A stretch of 52,958 nucleotides of DNA, from IMG/VR virus record IMGVR_UViG_3300041409_000458, one strand, 5' to 3'. The position numbers and the translations under genes were made by a program. This document shows, piece by piece, positions 1-7,788 of the stretch; within the stretch, counting starts at the first letter, position 1, and every line of letters starts with the position of its first letter. This stretch comes from a virus. Its lineage: Duplodnaviria > Heunggongvirae > Uroviricota > Caudoviricetes. The notes beneath the pieces were generated by a model. It made no database searches. It was not told the DNA's origin and worked only from the letters and a program-made list of their open reading frames with translations.

Positions 1-332
1 ATATAAGTAAACTTCGTGATTTACCAGATGGTATATATGAGTTTATGCAATCATACAAACCTAATACTGCTACTTTACAGCATTATCTTCATTTAAGGAC
101 TACAGAACTGAGACATAAAATGTCTATTCAATGGGATAACTTGATGGGTGATAGTTGCAAGATTTCAAGAGAAGAGTTTCGTAATCAGAGGGAGAAATTA
201 AGAGAGATAGAAGAGTACATCATGGCTGCCAAATATAAGGTAGAGGAGTGTAATGAGAAAAGAGAGGGAAAGGAATTATATGAATGGGCTGTTAAATTAC
301 TAGAAAAATATAGCAATGAGTGTCAATGTTAA
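1..332 (+). CDS. Conserved crAss-like phage structural-module protein, C-terminal part (5' end outside window)
   Basis: Frame is open from base 3 (ISKLRDLPDGIYEF...) through the listed 95-aa ORF; the LPDGIY...HLR...AAKYKVEEC pattern resembles structural-module proteins of crAss-like phages (recalled, not searched). Confidence 0.7.
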   Translation, partial: ISKLRDLPDGIYEFMQSYKPNTATLQHYLHLRTTELRHKMSIQWDNLMGDSCKISREEFRNQREKLREIEEYIMAAKYKVEECNEKREGKELYEWAVKLLEKYSNECQC

Positions 333-558
333 GTATAAGTTTGCGTCTCTGAAGTATGAACAATTACTTTCAGATAAATACTTCATAGAAACTTGTTTTT
401 CTAAGAAGTATGAGTCATACACCTCAAGAGAGAAGTTGAAGGATATGTATATGAGTATTAAGATGCATTTTCCAAAGGTTCTTGCTTGTGCAATATCAAC
501 AACAACGACTACCACTGTATGTCCTACATCAACAACTACAACAACCACAGTAAATTAA
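316..558 (+). CDS. Small hypothetical protein with C-terminal poly-Thr tracts
   Basis: 80-aa ORF overlapping the previous stop and ending 4 nt before the next start; TTTTTTVCPTSTTTTTT tail. Confidence 0.6.
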   Translation: MSVNVKYKFASLKYEQLLSDKYFIETCFSKKYESYTSREKLKDMYMSIKMHFPKVLACAISTTTTTTVCPTSTTTTTTVN

Positions 559-562
559 GTAA

Positions 563-1783
563 ATGAAAAAAGTAAAATGTGAGGTTGATAATTGTATACC
601 TACGCCCTCATCATGTGTTGAGTGGAATGGTGGGGAACTTACCTATTTAGGAATATGTAATGGGGACTCTCTAAATAATCTGGTAATTGAAATAATTACC
701 AAATTACAGGAGATTGCAGGAGAAGACCTATCAGAATTTGATATCGACTCTTTACTTGATATTTGCCAGCAAAGAGCTCCACAGGAAATTACAGTACTTT
801 CCATACTGAATATTATAAAAAATAATCAAGTATGTTTAAAGGATTTTATTGATACTATTAAGGAAGGCTTAGATGCCTTATTCAAGGATACTGAGGTTAA
901 TGTAGATTTAAAATGTTATGCTCAGTTTGATAATCTTGGTAATCCATTCTCTCTTACAAGAGAACAGTTTGACCAATTAGTAATTGATACTTTATGCTCT
1001 CACGAGGGAAGACTGACAACTATAGAAGGTCGTTTAATCCTAATGCAAGCTGAAATTGATGCTCTAAATGTAGTTTCTACTGTTGATGAGCTTGAAATTG
1101 GTACCTGTATTAATGGAGTTTCTCTTCCTTCATCAGTTCAAATACAAAACACATCTACTGAAATCTGTAATCTGGAAGCAGCAACCGGATTTCCAGCAGA
1201 TATTTCTACTGCTCTTGCAGTAACACCGGGAGACCTAAATGCTGAATTTGGTTTGATTTTAGGATGGGTATTGGTACCTGCAAACTGGGCACAGAACTAC
1301 GGTAATTTGGTATTGGAAATAGAAAACATGCGTCAACGCATAAAAACAATAGAAACAACTTGTTGTTCTCTTGGTTGTGATGATATAGAATTAGGCTTCA
1401 CAGCAGCTTACAATGATGACAGAACAGAAATCATAATAAGATTTACATCAAGTGCAGGAACAAGCATACCAGTAGGATTTATAGATAGTGGTTCTACAAT
1501 TACCATCAAAGATATTGATGGAAATGAGGAAACATACATTACAGTAAATCCTGATTTAATAACAAATAATGCAACATTTAATGTGCCTATTCCATCTCTT
1601 AACATAACACAAGATTTATCTGTTAATGTAGAGGCTAATTTCACTTCTGGTGGATTAACATGTAGCAAGTGTCTTAGTAAGTTGGTTTACAGTCCAACTG
1701 GTGCAACATGTGATACATGTAAGATATGTGCTACAGGAACAGGAGATTCTTCAGTTGTCATTATATATGAATCAACACTTTAA
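563..1783 (+). CDS. Cys-rich putative virion structural protein (paralog A1)
   Basis: 406 aa; alignable along its length with 2290..3498 (CIPTPSSCVEWNGG vs CIPTPSGCVKWNGG; CCSLGCDDI vs CCAVTCDDV). Confidence 0.8.
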   Translation: MKKVKCEVDNCIPTPSSCVEWNGGELTYLGICNGDSLNNLVIEIITKLQEIAGEDLSEFDIDSLLDICQQRAPQEITVLSILNIIKNNQVCLKDFIDTIKEGLDALFKDTEVNVDLKCYAQFDNLGNPFSLTREQFDQLVIDTLCSHEGRLTTIEGRLILMQAEIDALNVVSTVDELEIGTCINGVSLPSSVQIQNTSTEICNLEAATGFPADISTALAVTPGDLNAEFGLILGWVLVPANWAQNYGNLVLEIENMRQRIKTIETTCCSLGCDDIELGFTAAYNDDRTEIIIRFTSSAGTSIPVGFIDSGSTITIKDIDGNEETYITVNPDLITNNATFNVPIPSLNITQDLSVNVEANFTSGGLTCSKCLSKLVYSPTGATCDTCKICATGTGDSSVVIIYESTL

Positions 1784-1785
1784 TT

Positions 1786-2280
1786 ATGGCATTAACAGAA
1801 CCAGTAACGACAAAGAGTTTAGTATTACTTCCGGGAGAATGTGTAGTTTTTCCTGCTGATGTAGTGATACAGGCAATCATACCAACTGGTAGTATTACTG
1901 TATCATCAACCTGTGATGACATTTTACCTGCTCCAAGTGGGTATAAATGCTGGCAGTTCAGATGGGAGTATGGAAGTGAAGGTAATTTTAGTGATGCCTT
2001 CATGGAATCTATTACAATCGGAGGAGTTGTTTATCCTCTATTAGATAGTGGTGTAGCAAATACATGGGATAATGATGGTAACTTTCTTGAAAGTTCTATC
2101 CCTATATCAGTACCTACAGGACTATGTAATATTGTATGTAATGCAGGTGGAACAGCTGTAAACCCAAAGAAGGTTGCAGTGGAAGTTCCTGAATATTTGG
2201 GTATGCCTTTAGTTCGTTACAGTAATCCCGGATTTGACATGGGATACTTAATACCATACGAAGATGAGTGTGGTTGTTAA
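1786..2280 (+). CDS. Putative structural protein (paralog B1)
   Basis: 164 aa; N-terminus (KSLVLLPGECVVFPADVVI...VSSTC) resembles 3498..4268 (KTIDLVAGEKFVLPPGAEV...VESSC). Confidence 0.75.
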   Translation: MALTEPVTTKSLVLLPGECVVFPADVVIQAIIPTGSITVSSTCDDILPAPSGYKCWQFRWEYGSEGNFSDAFMESITIGGVVYPLLDSGVANTWDNDGNFLESSIPISVPTGLCNIVCNAGGTAVNPKKVAVEVPEYLGMPLVRYSNPGFDMGYLIPYEDECGC

Positions 2281-2289
2281 ACTAATTAA

Positions 2290-3498
2290 ATGAAAAGAGT
2301 AGAGAAATGTATAAATGAAGATTGCATACCTACACCTTCCGGATGTGTTAAATGGAATGGTGGAGATATACCCTTTTTAGGCATATGTGAAGGGGATTGC
2401 TTAAATGCCCTTATGATTGAGCTTGTTGAAGAGTTAAAGAAGATTGCAGGGAAAGATTTGTCTACATTTGACATTAACTCCCTTCTTGCCATCTGTAAGA
2501 AGAAGGCACCTGAGGAAATTACAATAACTTCCATTCTTACACTCTTGAGAGATAATCAATTATGTCTTAAGGAATTTGCAGATGAACTTGAAGCTCAGCT
2601 TCAAAAGTTGTTTGAAAATAAGAATGTTCAGGTTAACTTACAGTGTTACAAGGGATTCAATGGAATAGGTCTTAGTATAACAAGAAGTCAATTGGACCAA
2701 CTTATTGTGGATGTTTTATGTAATCACAAAGCTGATTTAGATAGCATCGACTCAACTTTCCTTAGGTTACAGGAAGCAATTAATGAAGCAAGGAGAAGTC
2801 TTAGAATAGAAGAAGTACAGGTAGCAACATGTATTAATCTGGAATCTTTACCTTTATCAGTGCAGATTCAGAATACCTCTAAAGAGCTATGTGACTACCT
2901 GTTATCTATCGGAACTCCTGCAGATATAGTTGCTGCACTGGCAAATACTCCAACAGATTTAAACGCTGAATTTGGAGCAATTTCAGGATGGAACAGTTCT
3001 CCAACATATTGGTCAGAGTTTTATAGTAATACGTTATTAGAAGTTCAGAATTTACGTGAACGTCTTGGACAAATAGAAGATGTTTGTTGTGCTGTTACTT
3101 GTGATGATGTATTCATAGGCTTTACAGCTCTTATGAATGAGGATGGAACAGGAGTTATCCTAAGATTTACCAAAGGTGCAGGAATGGTAATGCCAAGTGG
3201 ATTCGAAGATTGTGGGTCAACTGGTACTATCACTGATTCCTCAGGAAATACGCAAGATTTCGATGTTGCTATTTCAGTAGGTGGAACAGCTGAAATTCCT
3301 CTTGAGGGATTACAACCAACTGGAGAATTAAACGTGAATATATCTGCCAAAATCTGTAATACAGATAAAGGTATTGAATGTCACAAATGTGTAAGCCAGA
3401 CAGTAACTCAAACAGAATGTGACTTCTGTGTACTGACAGCAAGCGGAAATGTAACTATAACCTACAGGATGTGTAGTGGAATATCAATATTAAACTAA
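2290..3498 (+). CDS. Cys-rich putative virion structural protein (paralog A2)
   Basis: 402 aa; paralog of 563..1783; stop/start overlap (TAATG) with the next gene. Confidence 0.8.
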   Translation: MKRVEKCINEDCIPTPSGCVKWNGGDIPFLGICEGDCLNALMIELVEELKKIAGKDLSTFDINSLLAICKKKAPEEITITSILTLLRDNQLCLKEFADELEAQLQKLFENKNVQVNLQCYKGFNGIGLSITRSQLDQLIVDVLCNHKADLDSIDSTFLRLQEAINEARRSLRIEEVQVATCINLESLPLSVQIQNTSKELCDYLLSIGTPADIVAALANTPTDLNAEFGAISGWNSSPTYWSEFYSNTLLEVQNLRERLGQIEDVCCAVTCDDVFIGFTALMNEDGTGVILRFTKGAGMVMPSGFEDCGSTGTITDSSGNTQDFDVAISVGGTAEIPLEGLQPTGELNVNISAKICNTDKGIECHKCVSQTVTQTECDFCVLTASGNVTITYRMCSGISILN

Positions 3499-4268
3499 TG
3501 CCAGAAAATTGCATATATAAAACGATAGATTTAGTGGCAGGAGAGAAGTTCGTCTTACCTCCGGGAGCTGAAGTATTATACGTATCAGATAGTGGGGCTG
3601 TTGAGTCCAGCTGTAATACTGAATTTGAAGAGAAGCCTTTACTTTGTTACTACATGCAATGGGCAATAAATGTAGATGTTGAAGGAATTAAGACTGTATG
3701 GAATCCATTTCTTCCACCTCCGGGCAATCTACCAATAGTTATCACTCTTCCTGAGATAAATAATGCTTGGGACCCGGATGATGATGAAACTGATGGAGCT
3801 ATTATTGTAACAAATATTGGTGCTGCAGGACAGGTAATACCAGCAGGTATGTCATGTCAGGATTTCCCTAGTATAGAATCAGCACTGGCATCCAGCTCAA
3901 TTAATGGATTGGTAACCAATAGAAGATTTAATAGTGAAACTCGTTATGATGATATAGAATCATCTGCAGATATAAGTTTCATGGGAAATTATGGTGATGC
4001 TGGTTATATTCTTTATGGTTTTTGGTTTAAAGCCATAGAGGAAATTGGAAATACTGTATATGTAGAGATACAGGGAAATTCAGGTAATACTGGAACTCCT
4101 ACTAGATATTACGCTCAGTTGATGGATTGTGCAGATTATCCAGTAACATCAGAGATACCAACAAGTGGAAGTGGAGGAACAAGTAGAGGTCCCGATGTAT
4201 CAACTACAACTACCACAACATTTGACTTAAGTCCTTTTGCAACCACGACAACAACAACTATACCTTAA
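3498..4268 (+). CDS. Putative structural protein (paralog B2) with C-terminal Thr-rich tail
   Basis: 256 aa; N-terminal similarity to 1786..2280; TTTTTFDLSPFATTTTTT tail. Confidence 0.75.
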   Translation: MPENCIYKTIDLVAGEKFVLPPGAEVLYVSDSGAVESSCNTEFEEKPLLCYYMQWAINVDVEGIKTVWNPFLPPPGNLPIVITLPEINNAWDPDDDETDGAIIVTNIGAAGQVIPAGMSCQDFPSIESALASSSINGLVTNRRFNSETRYDDIESSADISFMGNYGDAGYILYGFWFKAIEEIGNTVYVEIQGNSGNTGTPTRYYAQLMDCADYPVTSEIPTSGSGGTSRGPDVSTTTTTTFDLSPFATTTTTTIP

Positions 4269-4287
4269 TAATTAAAATTTAACAAAT

Positions 4288-5352
4288 ATGTCTTGTCCAG
4301 ATAACAACCCATGTAATCCTTGCACCGAACATCAGGATTGTGGATGCACAAATCCAAACACGTTCGGATGTACAACTTATTCAGGTACTCATCTAGAGTG
4401 CCTTGATGTAGATAATGCAGAGGATGGAGATTCTATCTTAGCCAAGATAGATGCCAAAGTATGCGATATTGGTAAAGTTCTTATTAGTGGTGATGACACA
4501 TGTCCAGAATATCTCATAGATAAACTGGAAGCTGGTACAAATATTACTCTGACAGAGGTAGGTACTGGATGTGACAGAACACTAAGAATTGATGCTGTAG
4601 AAGGTGGAGTTCCTATTGACATAAATGTAAGAGTTTCCGGAGCTGATACTACATCAGGATATCTTAACAATAAGTTAACAACAGGTGCTTATATAAGTAA
4701 AACTATTAATAACGCTGCTGGTAATGAAAATCTTGAGTTAGATGTAGTTCCAGTGAACTTACTATCAACTGACCCTGATAATCCTTTATATATTGGTACA
4801 GATGGTGGTCTTATGTCAACTTGTATAGCTCCAGATGGTTCCGAAACTAAGGTTATACAGGGAACAGGAGTAACAGTAACAGGTCAGGGTACTATAATTG
4901 ACCCTTACATAGTTTCCACTAATCCTTCCATCCAAGTAGCTCGTCCTTGTTTCGATGCTGTATGGAGAACAATCAATTTAGTCCCAACAGGAAATGCAAA
5001 TGTGATATTCTTAGCTGGTGCTCCAGAGTACCGTTACCGTTTTGATGGCACTCTCGAGTTCAGAGGTTCTATCTCTTTCACTGTAAATTTTGCAGCTAAT
5101 ACTTCAGCCAACAGGAAGTTTACAATTACCATGGGAAATATCCCAACAACTTGTTTGTCTCTTGTAGAACAAGCAGGTACAGCAGATTTAAAGTCAATAA
5201 CTTATATTGAGAGTGTAGGTCAGATGTATAATTACATCATCCGGAAATCAACCCAAAACCTACTTTTAGAGTTCCAGTCATCTTTCACTTCTGCAACCTC
5301 AAAGGTTATCGTAGTGAACCTCGATGGAGCAATCTCTCATCCAAATATTTAA
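4288..5352 (+). CDS. Putative tail/fibre-associated structural protein
   Basis: 354 aa; Cys-rich N-terminus sharing the C..YSG..L.CL...D...I..KID..VC pattern with paralogs A1/A2; repeated YL..KL.AG..I motifs; beta-rich C-terminus; followed by a terminator. Confidence 0.7.
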   Translation: MSCPDNNPCNPCTEHQDCGCTNPNTFGCTTYSGTHLECLDVDNAEDGDSILAKIDAKVCDIGKVLISGDDTCPEYLIDKLEAGTNITLTEVGTGCDRTLRIDAVEGGVPIDINVRVSGADTTSGYLNNKLTTGAYISKTINNAAGNENLELDVVPVNLLSTDPDNPLYIGTDGGLMSTCIAPDGSETKVIQGTGVTVTGQGTIIDPYIVSTNPSIQVARPCFDAVWRTINLVPTGNANVIFLAGAPEYRYRFDGTLEFRGSISFTVNFAANTSANRKFTITMGNIPTTCLSLVEQAGTADLKSITYIESVGQMYNYIIRKSTQNLLLEFQSSFTSATSKVIVVNLDGAISHPNI

Positions 5353-5384
5353 AACCTCGGTTGTTGGTTCTCCGAGTTATTTCT

Positions 5385-5409
5385 GGTCCTCGTTCTCGAG
5401 GACCTTTTT
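5385..5409 (+). terminator. Rho-independent terminator closing the structural operon
   Basis: GGTCCTCG-TTCT-CGAGGACC followed by TTTTT; a second hairpin (CTCGG...CCGAG) lies just upstream. Confidence 0.85.
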
Positions 5410-5410
5410 A

Positions 5411-5442
5411 TTTGGCAGTTTCAAAACTTTTTCGTATATTAT
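5411..5442 (+). promoter_or_regulatory. Bacteroidota-type promoter (degenerate -7 element)
   Basis: TTTG(5411)-N20-TATATTAT; ATG of the NUMOD4-HNH gene follows 3 nt later. Confidence 0.55.
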
Positions 5443-5445
5443 ACT

Positions 5446-5886
5446 ATGGAAATATGGAAAGATATAATAGATTTTGAAGGTCGTTATCAAGTGAGTAATC
5501 TAGGAAGACTAAAAAGTCTGCAGGGAAATTTTCCCTCTAAACGAAAAGAGAAAATATTAAAATTATCTTTAAAGAATGGATATCCTAAAACTTTGCTATG
5601 GAAAGATAGTAAAGCTACAACAGCTCGTGTACATAGAGTAGTTGCATTTGCATTCCTAGATAATCCTTATAATAAACCCAATATAAATCACAAAGATGGA
5701 AATAGAGCAAATAATGTCGTTGAAAATCTTGAATGGTGTACTCAAAAAGAAAATATTCATCATTCAAGAAATATAACAAAAAATGGGTCAGTAATATCAT
5801 TACAAAAATTAACAGTATTGTATGAAGAGAATATTGACTTAGAACTTTCAGATTTTATCAGAAAAATAATTCCTCATTTTAACTAA
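5446..5886 (+). CDS. NUMOD4-HNH homing endonuclease
   Basis: NUMOD4 signature EIWKDIIDFEGRYQVSNLGRLKSL plus HNH_3-type VHRVVAFAF...INHKDGNRANNVVENLEWCTQKEN. Confidence 0.92.
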   Translation: MEIWKDIIDFEGRYQVSNLGRLKSLQGNFPSKRKEKILKLSLKNGYPKTLLWKDSKATTARVHRVVAFAFLDNPYNKPNINHKDGNRANNVVENLEWCTQKENIHHSRNITKNGSVISLQKLTVLYEENIDLELSDFIRKIIPHFN

Positions 5887-5891
5887 AATAT

Positions 5892-5993
5892 ATGAAACAA
5901 TCAAAAACAGACATATTGAATAAACTCATAAAAGAGTTAATCAAAGAAAACAAAAGACTAACCGAATATATTTTACTCCAAAAGAAAAAATAA
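5892..5993 (+). CDS. Possible 33-aa coiled-coil peptide
   Basis: ATG-started ORF MKQSKTDILNKLIKELIKENKRLTEYILLQKKK fills the gap between the HNH gene and the next promoter. Confidence 0.4.
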   Translation: MKQSKTDILNKLIKELIKENKRLTEYILLQKKK

Positions 5994-5994
5994 A

Positions 5995-6026
5995 TTTGGT
6001 AAATACAAATAATTGTTGTATATTTG
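5995..6026 (+). promoter_or_regulatory. Bacteroidota sigma-A-type promoter for leader 1 and tRNA block 1
   Basis: TTTG(5995-5998)-N20-TATATTTG(6019-6026). Confidence 0.8.
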
Positions 6027-6030
6027 CTTT

Positions 6031-6171
6031 ATGATACTTGATACAAACATATATGGAGGATGTGGCTGTGGGAAACCAAAGCCTAAGAAAGGTTTACGCC
6101 AGTGGCATACGCCAACCTGTACACAATGTCCGTTTGGATGTAGTGGGGGTCTCTGTATACGTACTAGTTAA
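6031..6171 (+). CDS. Putative attenuator leader peptide 1 (46 aa, MILDTNIYGGCGCGKPKPKKGLRQWHTPTCTQCPFGCSGGLCIRTS)
   Basis: Translated by hand. Codons 6097-6135 (RQWHTPTCTQCPF) match all nine tRNAs of the downstream block; the 3' end overlaps the antiterminator strand. Confidence 0.75.
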   Translation: MILDTNIYGGCGCGKPKPKKGLRQWHTPTCTQCPFGCSGGLCIRTS

Positions 6172-6222
6172 AATTCGTACAGTTCTATACAAAAGACCCT
6201 CTAGGAAACTAGGGGGTTTTTA
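6145..6222 (+). terminator. Attenuator 1: alternative antiterminator and intrinsic terminator
   Basis: Terminator AGACCCTCTAG-GAAA-CTAGGGGGTTTTT (6195-6222). GGGGGTCTCTGTATA (6145-6159) can pair instead with TATACAAAAGACCCTC (6186-6201). Confidence 0.8.
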
Positions 6223-6226
6223 ATTT

Positions 6227-6299
6227 CGAGATGTTGGCTAATTGGTAAGCCACTTGCTTTGGGAGCAAGAAGATGCAGGTTCGACCCTTGTCATCTCGA
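6227..6299 (+). tRNA. trnP: tRNA-Pro(TGG)
   Basis: Cloverleaf: CGAGATG/CATCTCG acceptor, CTTGC-ttTGGga-GCAAG anticodon arm, TTCGA T-loop. Confidence 0.93.
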
Positions 6300-6305
6300 C
6301 ATAAT

Positions 6306-6379
6306 GCTTCTTATGCAGATATGGTGCTGCACCTCACTTGTAATGAGGATTAGAGAGTTTTCGAGTAACTCAAGAAGCT
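6306..6379 (+). tRNA. trnT: tRNA-Thr(TGT)
   Basis: GCTTCTT/AAGAAGC acceptor; CCTCA-ctTGTaa-TGAGG; T-arm GAGTT-ttcgagt-AACTC. Confidence 0.9.
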
Positions 6380-6407
6380 CTAAACATAAAAGCCGAAGGG
6401 TAAATAT

Positions 6408-6821
6408 ATGAATACAGATAAAAAATCTGGGCAGCTAGGTATGCCACATGGTACAGCAAATGCAAGATTGCGTAAAGCTATTATTTTCAAACTTCTAAAA
6501 GATGCAAAGTTAAACTTTTGTTTTCAATGCTCTGCAGAAATTGATAAGATTGAGACTTTATCTATTGAGCACAAAATTCCTTACTTAGACTCGCATGACC
6601 CTAAAAAATTGTTCTTTGATTTGGATAATATTGCATTTTCTCATTTAAAGTGTAATATAGATGCAAGAAGGATACCTGAGAAAATAGTGGATAAGGATGA
6701 TTTTAGAGTTAAACATGGTAGGTCTACTTATGAAAGAAGAGGATGCAGATGTGATATTTGTAAGGAAGACAAGAGAATACATAATAGTAAAAGATTTAAT
6801 AATGGTCGTATGGCTGAGTGA
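6408..6821 (+). CDS. HNH endonuclease with C-terminal Cys-rich (CRCDIC) zinc-binding element
   Basis: CFQC...SIEHKIP...DNIAFSHLKCN; stop codon lies inside the 5' end of tRNA-Cys. Confidence 0.85.
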   Translation: MNTDKKSGQLGMPHGTANARLRKAIIFKLLKDAKLNFCFQCSAEIDKIETLSIEHKIPYLDSHDPKKLFFDLDNIAFSHLKCNIDARRIPEKIVDKDDFRVKHGRSTYERRGCRCDICKEDKRIHNSKRFNNGRMAE

Positions 6822-6878
6822 ACAAAGGCACACGTCTGCAAAACGTTACAATCGTCAGTTTGAATCTGACTACGACCT
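6804..6878 (+). tRNA. trnC: tRNA-Cys(GCA)
   Basis: GGTCGTA/TACGACC acceptor; CACGT-ctGCAaa-ACGTT; T-arm GTCAG-tttgaat-CTGAC. Confidence 0.9.
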
Positions 6879-6886
6879 CAAGGTTT

Positions 6887-6946
6887 CCGGAATGAAGAAT
6901 GCCACTTGTTGAGAAGTGATGGTCAGTCCATCAGTGAAAAATCCGG
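6887..6946 (+). ncRNA. Candidate structured RNA (three-way junction), unclassified
   Basis: CCGGA/TCCGG closing stem enclosing the CACTT/AAGTG and ATGG/CCAT hairpins; sits between two tRNAs. Confidence 0.4.
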
Positions 6947-6952
6947 GTTTAT

Positions 6953-7024
6953 GGTGATGTAGCTCATCGGTAGAGCGAAGCCCTGAAGAGGCTTGCGTGG
7001 GGAGTTCGATTCTCCCTTTCACCA
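6953..7024 (+). tRNA. trnF: tRNA-Phe(GAA)
   Basis: AAGCC-ctGAAga-GGCTT; GGGAG-ttcgatt-CTCCC; acceptor has one T-T mismatch. Confidence 0.9.
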
Positions 7025-7030
7025 CATAAC

Positions 7031-7140
7031 AGCTCTTGGTCCGTGGGTGTTGAAAAACGTGATAACGGACCTCCAAAGTAGTAGTACAGCACTCAAAGAC
7101 GTACATTCACTGGATAGCCTCAGCCATAAATCGAGGCAAC
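7031..7140 (+). ncRNA. Candidate structured RNA (three hairpins, possible kissing loops), unclassified
   Basis: GGTCCGT/ACGGACC, TCCA..GTAC/GTAC..TGGA and GCCTC/GAGGC stems; loop GGGTGTT is complementary to loop AGCACTC. Confidence 0.5.
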
Positions 7141-7142
7141 AC

Positions 7143-7215
7143 ACGGGTGTAGCTCAGCTGGTAGAGCTTTGGTCTCCAAAACCAAGAGTCAGGGGTTCGA
7201 GTCCTCTCATCCGTG
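7143..7215 (+). tRNA. trnW: tRNA-Trp(CCA)
   Basis: ACGGGTG/CATCCGT; TTGGT-ctCCAaa-ACCAA; canonical D and T arms. Confidence 0.94.
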
Positions 7216-7220
7216 CATAT

Positions 7221-7291
7221 TGCTCCATGGTGTAATGGTAACATCAGACTCTTTGACAGTCAAGTTATAGGTTCGAGTCCTATTGGAGTAA
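7221..7291 (+). tRNA. trnQ: tRNA-Gln(TTG)
   Basis: TGCTCCA/TGGAGTA; AGACT-ctTTGac-AGTCA; ATAGG-ttcgagt-CCTAT. Confidence 0.92.
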
Positions 7292-7298
7292 CATATAT

Positions 7299-7369
7299 TG
7301 CGATATTGTGTAACGGTAGCACACGGGTCTCTGAAGCCCTTAGTTGGAGTTCGAATCTCTGTATCGCAA
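7299..7369 (+). tRNA. trnQ: tRNA-Gln(CTG)
   Basis: TGCGATA/TATCGCA; CGGGT-ctCTGaa-GCCCT; TGGAG-ttcgaat-CTCTG. Confidence 0.92.
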
Positions 7370-7371
7370 CT

Positions 7372-7447
7372 GTGGTATTAGCTTAGCTGGTTAAAGTATC
7401 TGATTGTGATTCAGAGGACACGGATTCGAATTCCGTATATCACCCCA
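7372..7447 (+). tRNA. trnH: tRNA-His(GTG), CCA encoded
   Basis: GTGGTAT/ATATCAC; TCTGA-ttGTGat-TCAGA; C73 discriminator followed by CCA. Confidence 0.93.
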
Positions 7448-7448
7448 T

Positions 7449-7522
7449 GCAGAATTAGTTTAATGGAAAAACACTTCGCTACGAACGAAGAGATATGTAG
7501 AGTTCGAATCTCACATTCTGCT
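7449..7522 (+). tRNA. trnR: tRNA-Arg(ACG)
   Basis: GCAGAAT/ATTCTGC; CTTCG-ctACGaa-CGAAG; T-stem has a bulged A. Confidence 0.88.
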
Positions 7523-7532
7523 CAAAAATAAA

Positions 7533-7564
7533 TTTGGTAGATAGGAATTAATTTCGTATATTTG
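7533..7564 (+). promoter_or_regulatory. Bacteroidota sigma-A-type promoter for leader 2 and tRNA block 2
   Basis: TTTG(7533)-N20-TATATTTG(7557-7564). Confidence 0.8.
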
Positions 7565-7582
7565 TATTCTAAAGCATAGAAC

Positions 7583-7705
7583 ATGATAACAGGATTAATA
7601 ATCGGTGGAATTGTGGGATTCGTAATTGGAGCACTTGTTTTCCGTAACAATGCTAAACAGGGAGAAAAAATTATAGATAAACTTAAAAAGACAGAAAGCA
7701 AATAA
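7583..7705 (+). CDS. 40-aa single-pass membrane peptide (MITGLIIGGIVGFVIGALVFRNNAKQGEKIIDKLKKTESK)
   Basis: Hydrophobic Gly-rich N-terminal helix and basic tail; TAATG overlap with leader 2. Confidence 0.7.
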   Translation: MITGLIIGGIVGFVIGALVFRNNAKQGEKIIDKLKKTESK

Positions 7706-7788
7706 TGTACAACTTAAATATGATAGTGGATAGAATGATTGGGGCGAACGAGAAATCGGCTCCGGGATTCCTATTGGCTGTCATGTAA
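7705..7788 (+). CDS. Putative attenuator leader peptide 2 (27 aa, MYNLNMIVDRMIGANEKSAPGFLLAVM)
   Basis: Starts in a TAATG overlap. Codons 7717-7755 (NMIVDRMIGANEK) cover all ten amino acids of tRNA block 2; the next codons form the antiterminator strand. Confidence 0.75.
   Translation: MYNLNMIVDRMIGANEKSAPGFLLAVM

Noticed and set aside
495-555. Poly-Thr coding repeats (also 4200-4260) as a CRISPR array or DGR variable repeat
   Set aside because: Simple codon-level ACN repeats with no spacers, no template/variable repeat pair and no reverse transcriptase in the window.
6038-6223. Listed 61-aa ORF (TTG start) as the gene at this locus
   Set aside because: It runs through the terminator and has no features; the overlapping ATG frame 6031-6171 explains the promoter spacing and tRNA-matched codons.
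6887-6946. Hammerhead ribozyme
   Set aside because: CUGANGA and GAAA are not arranged around stem II as required on either strand.
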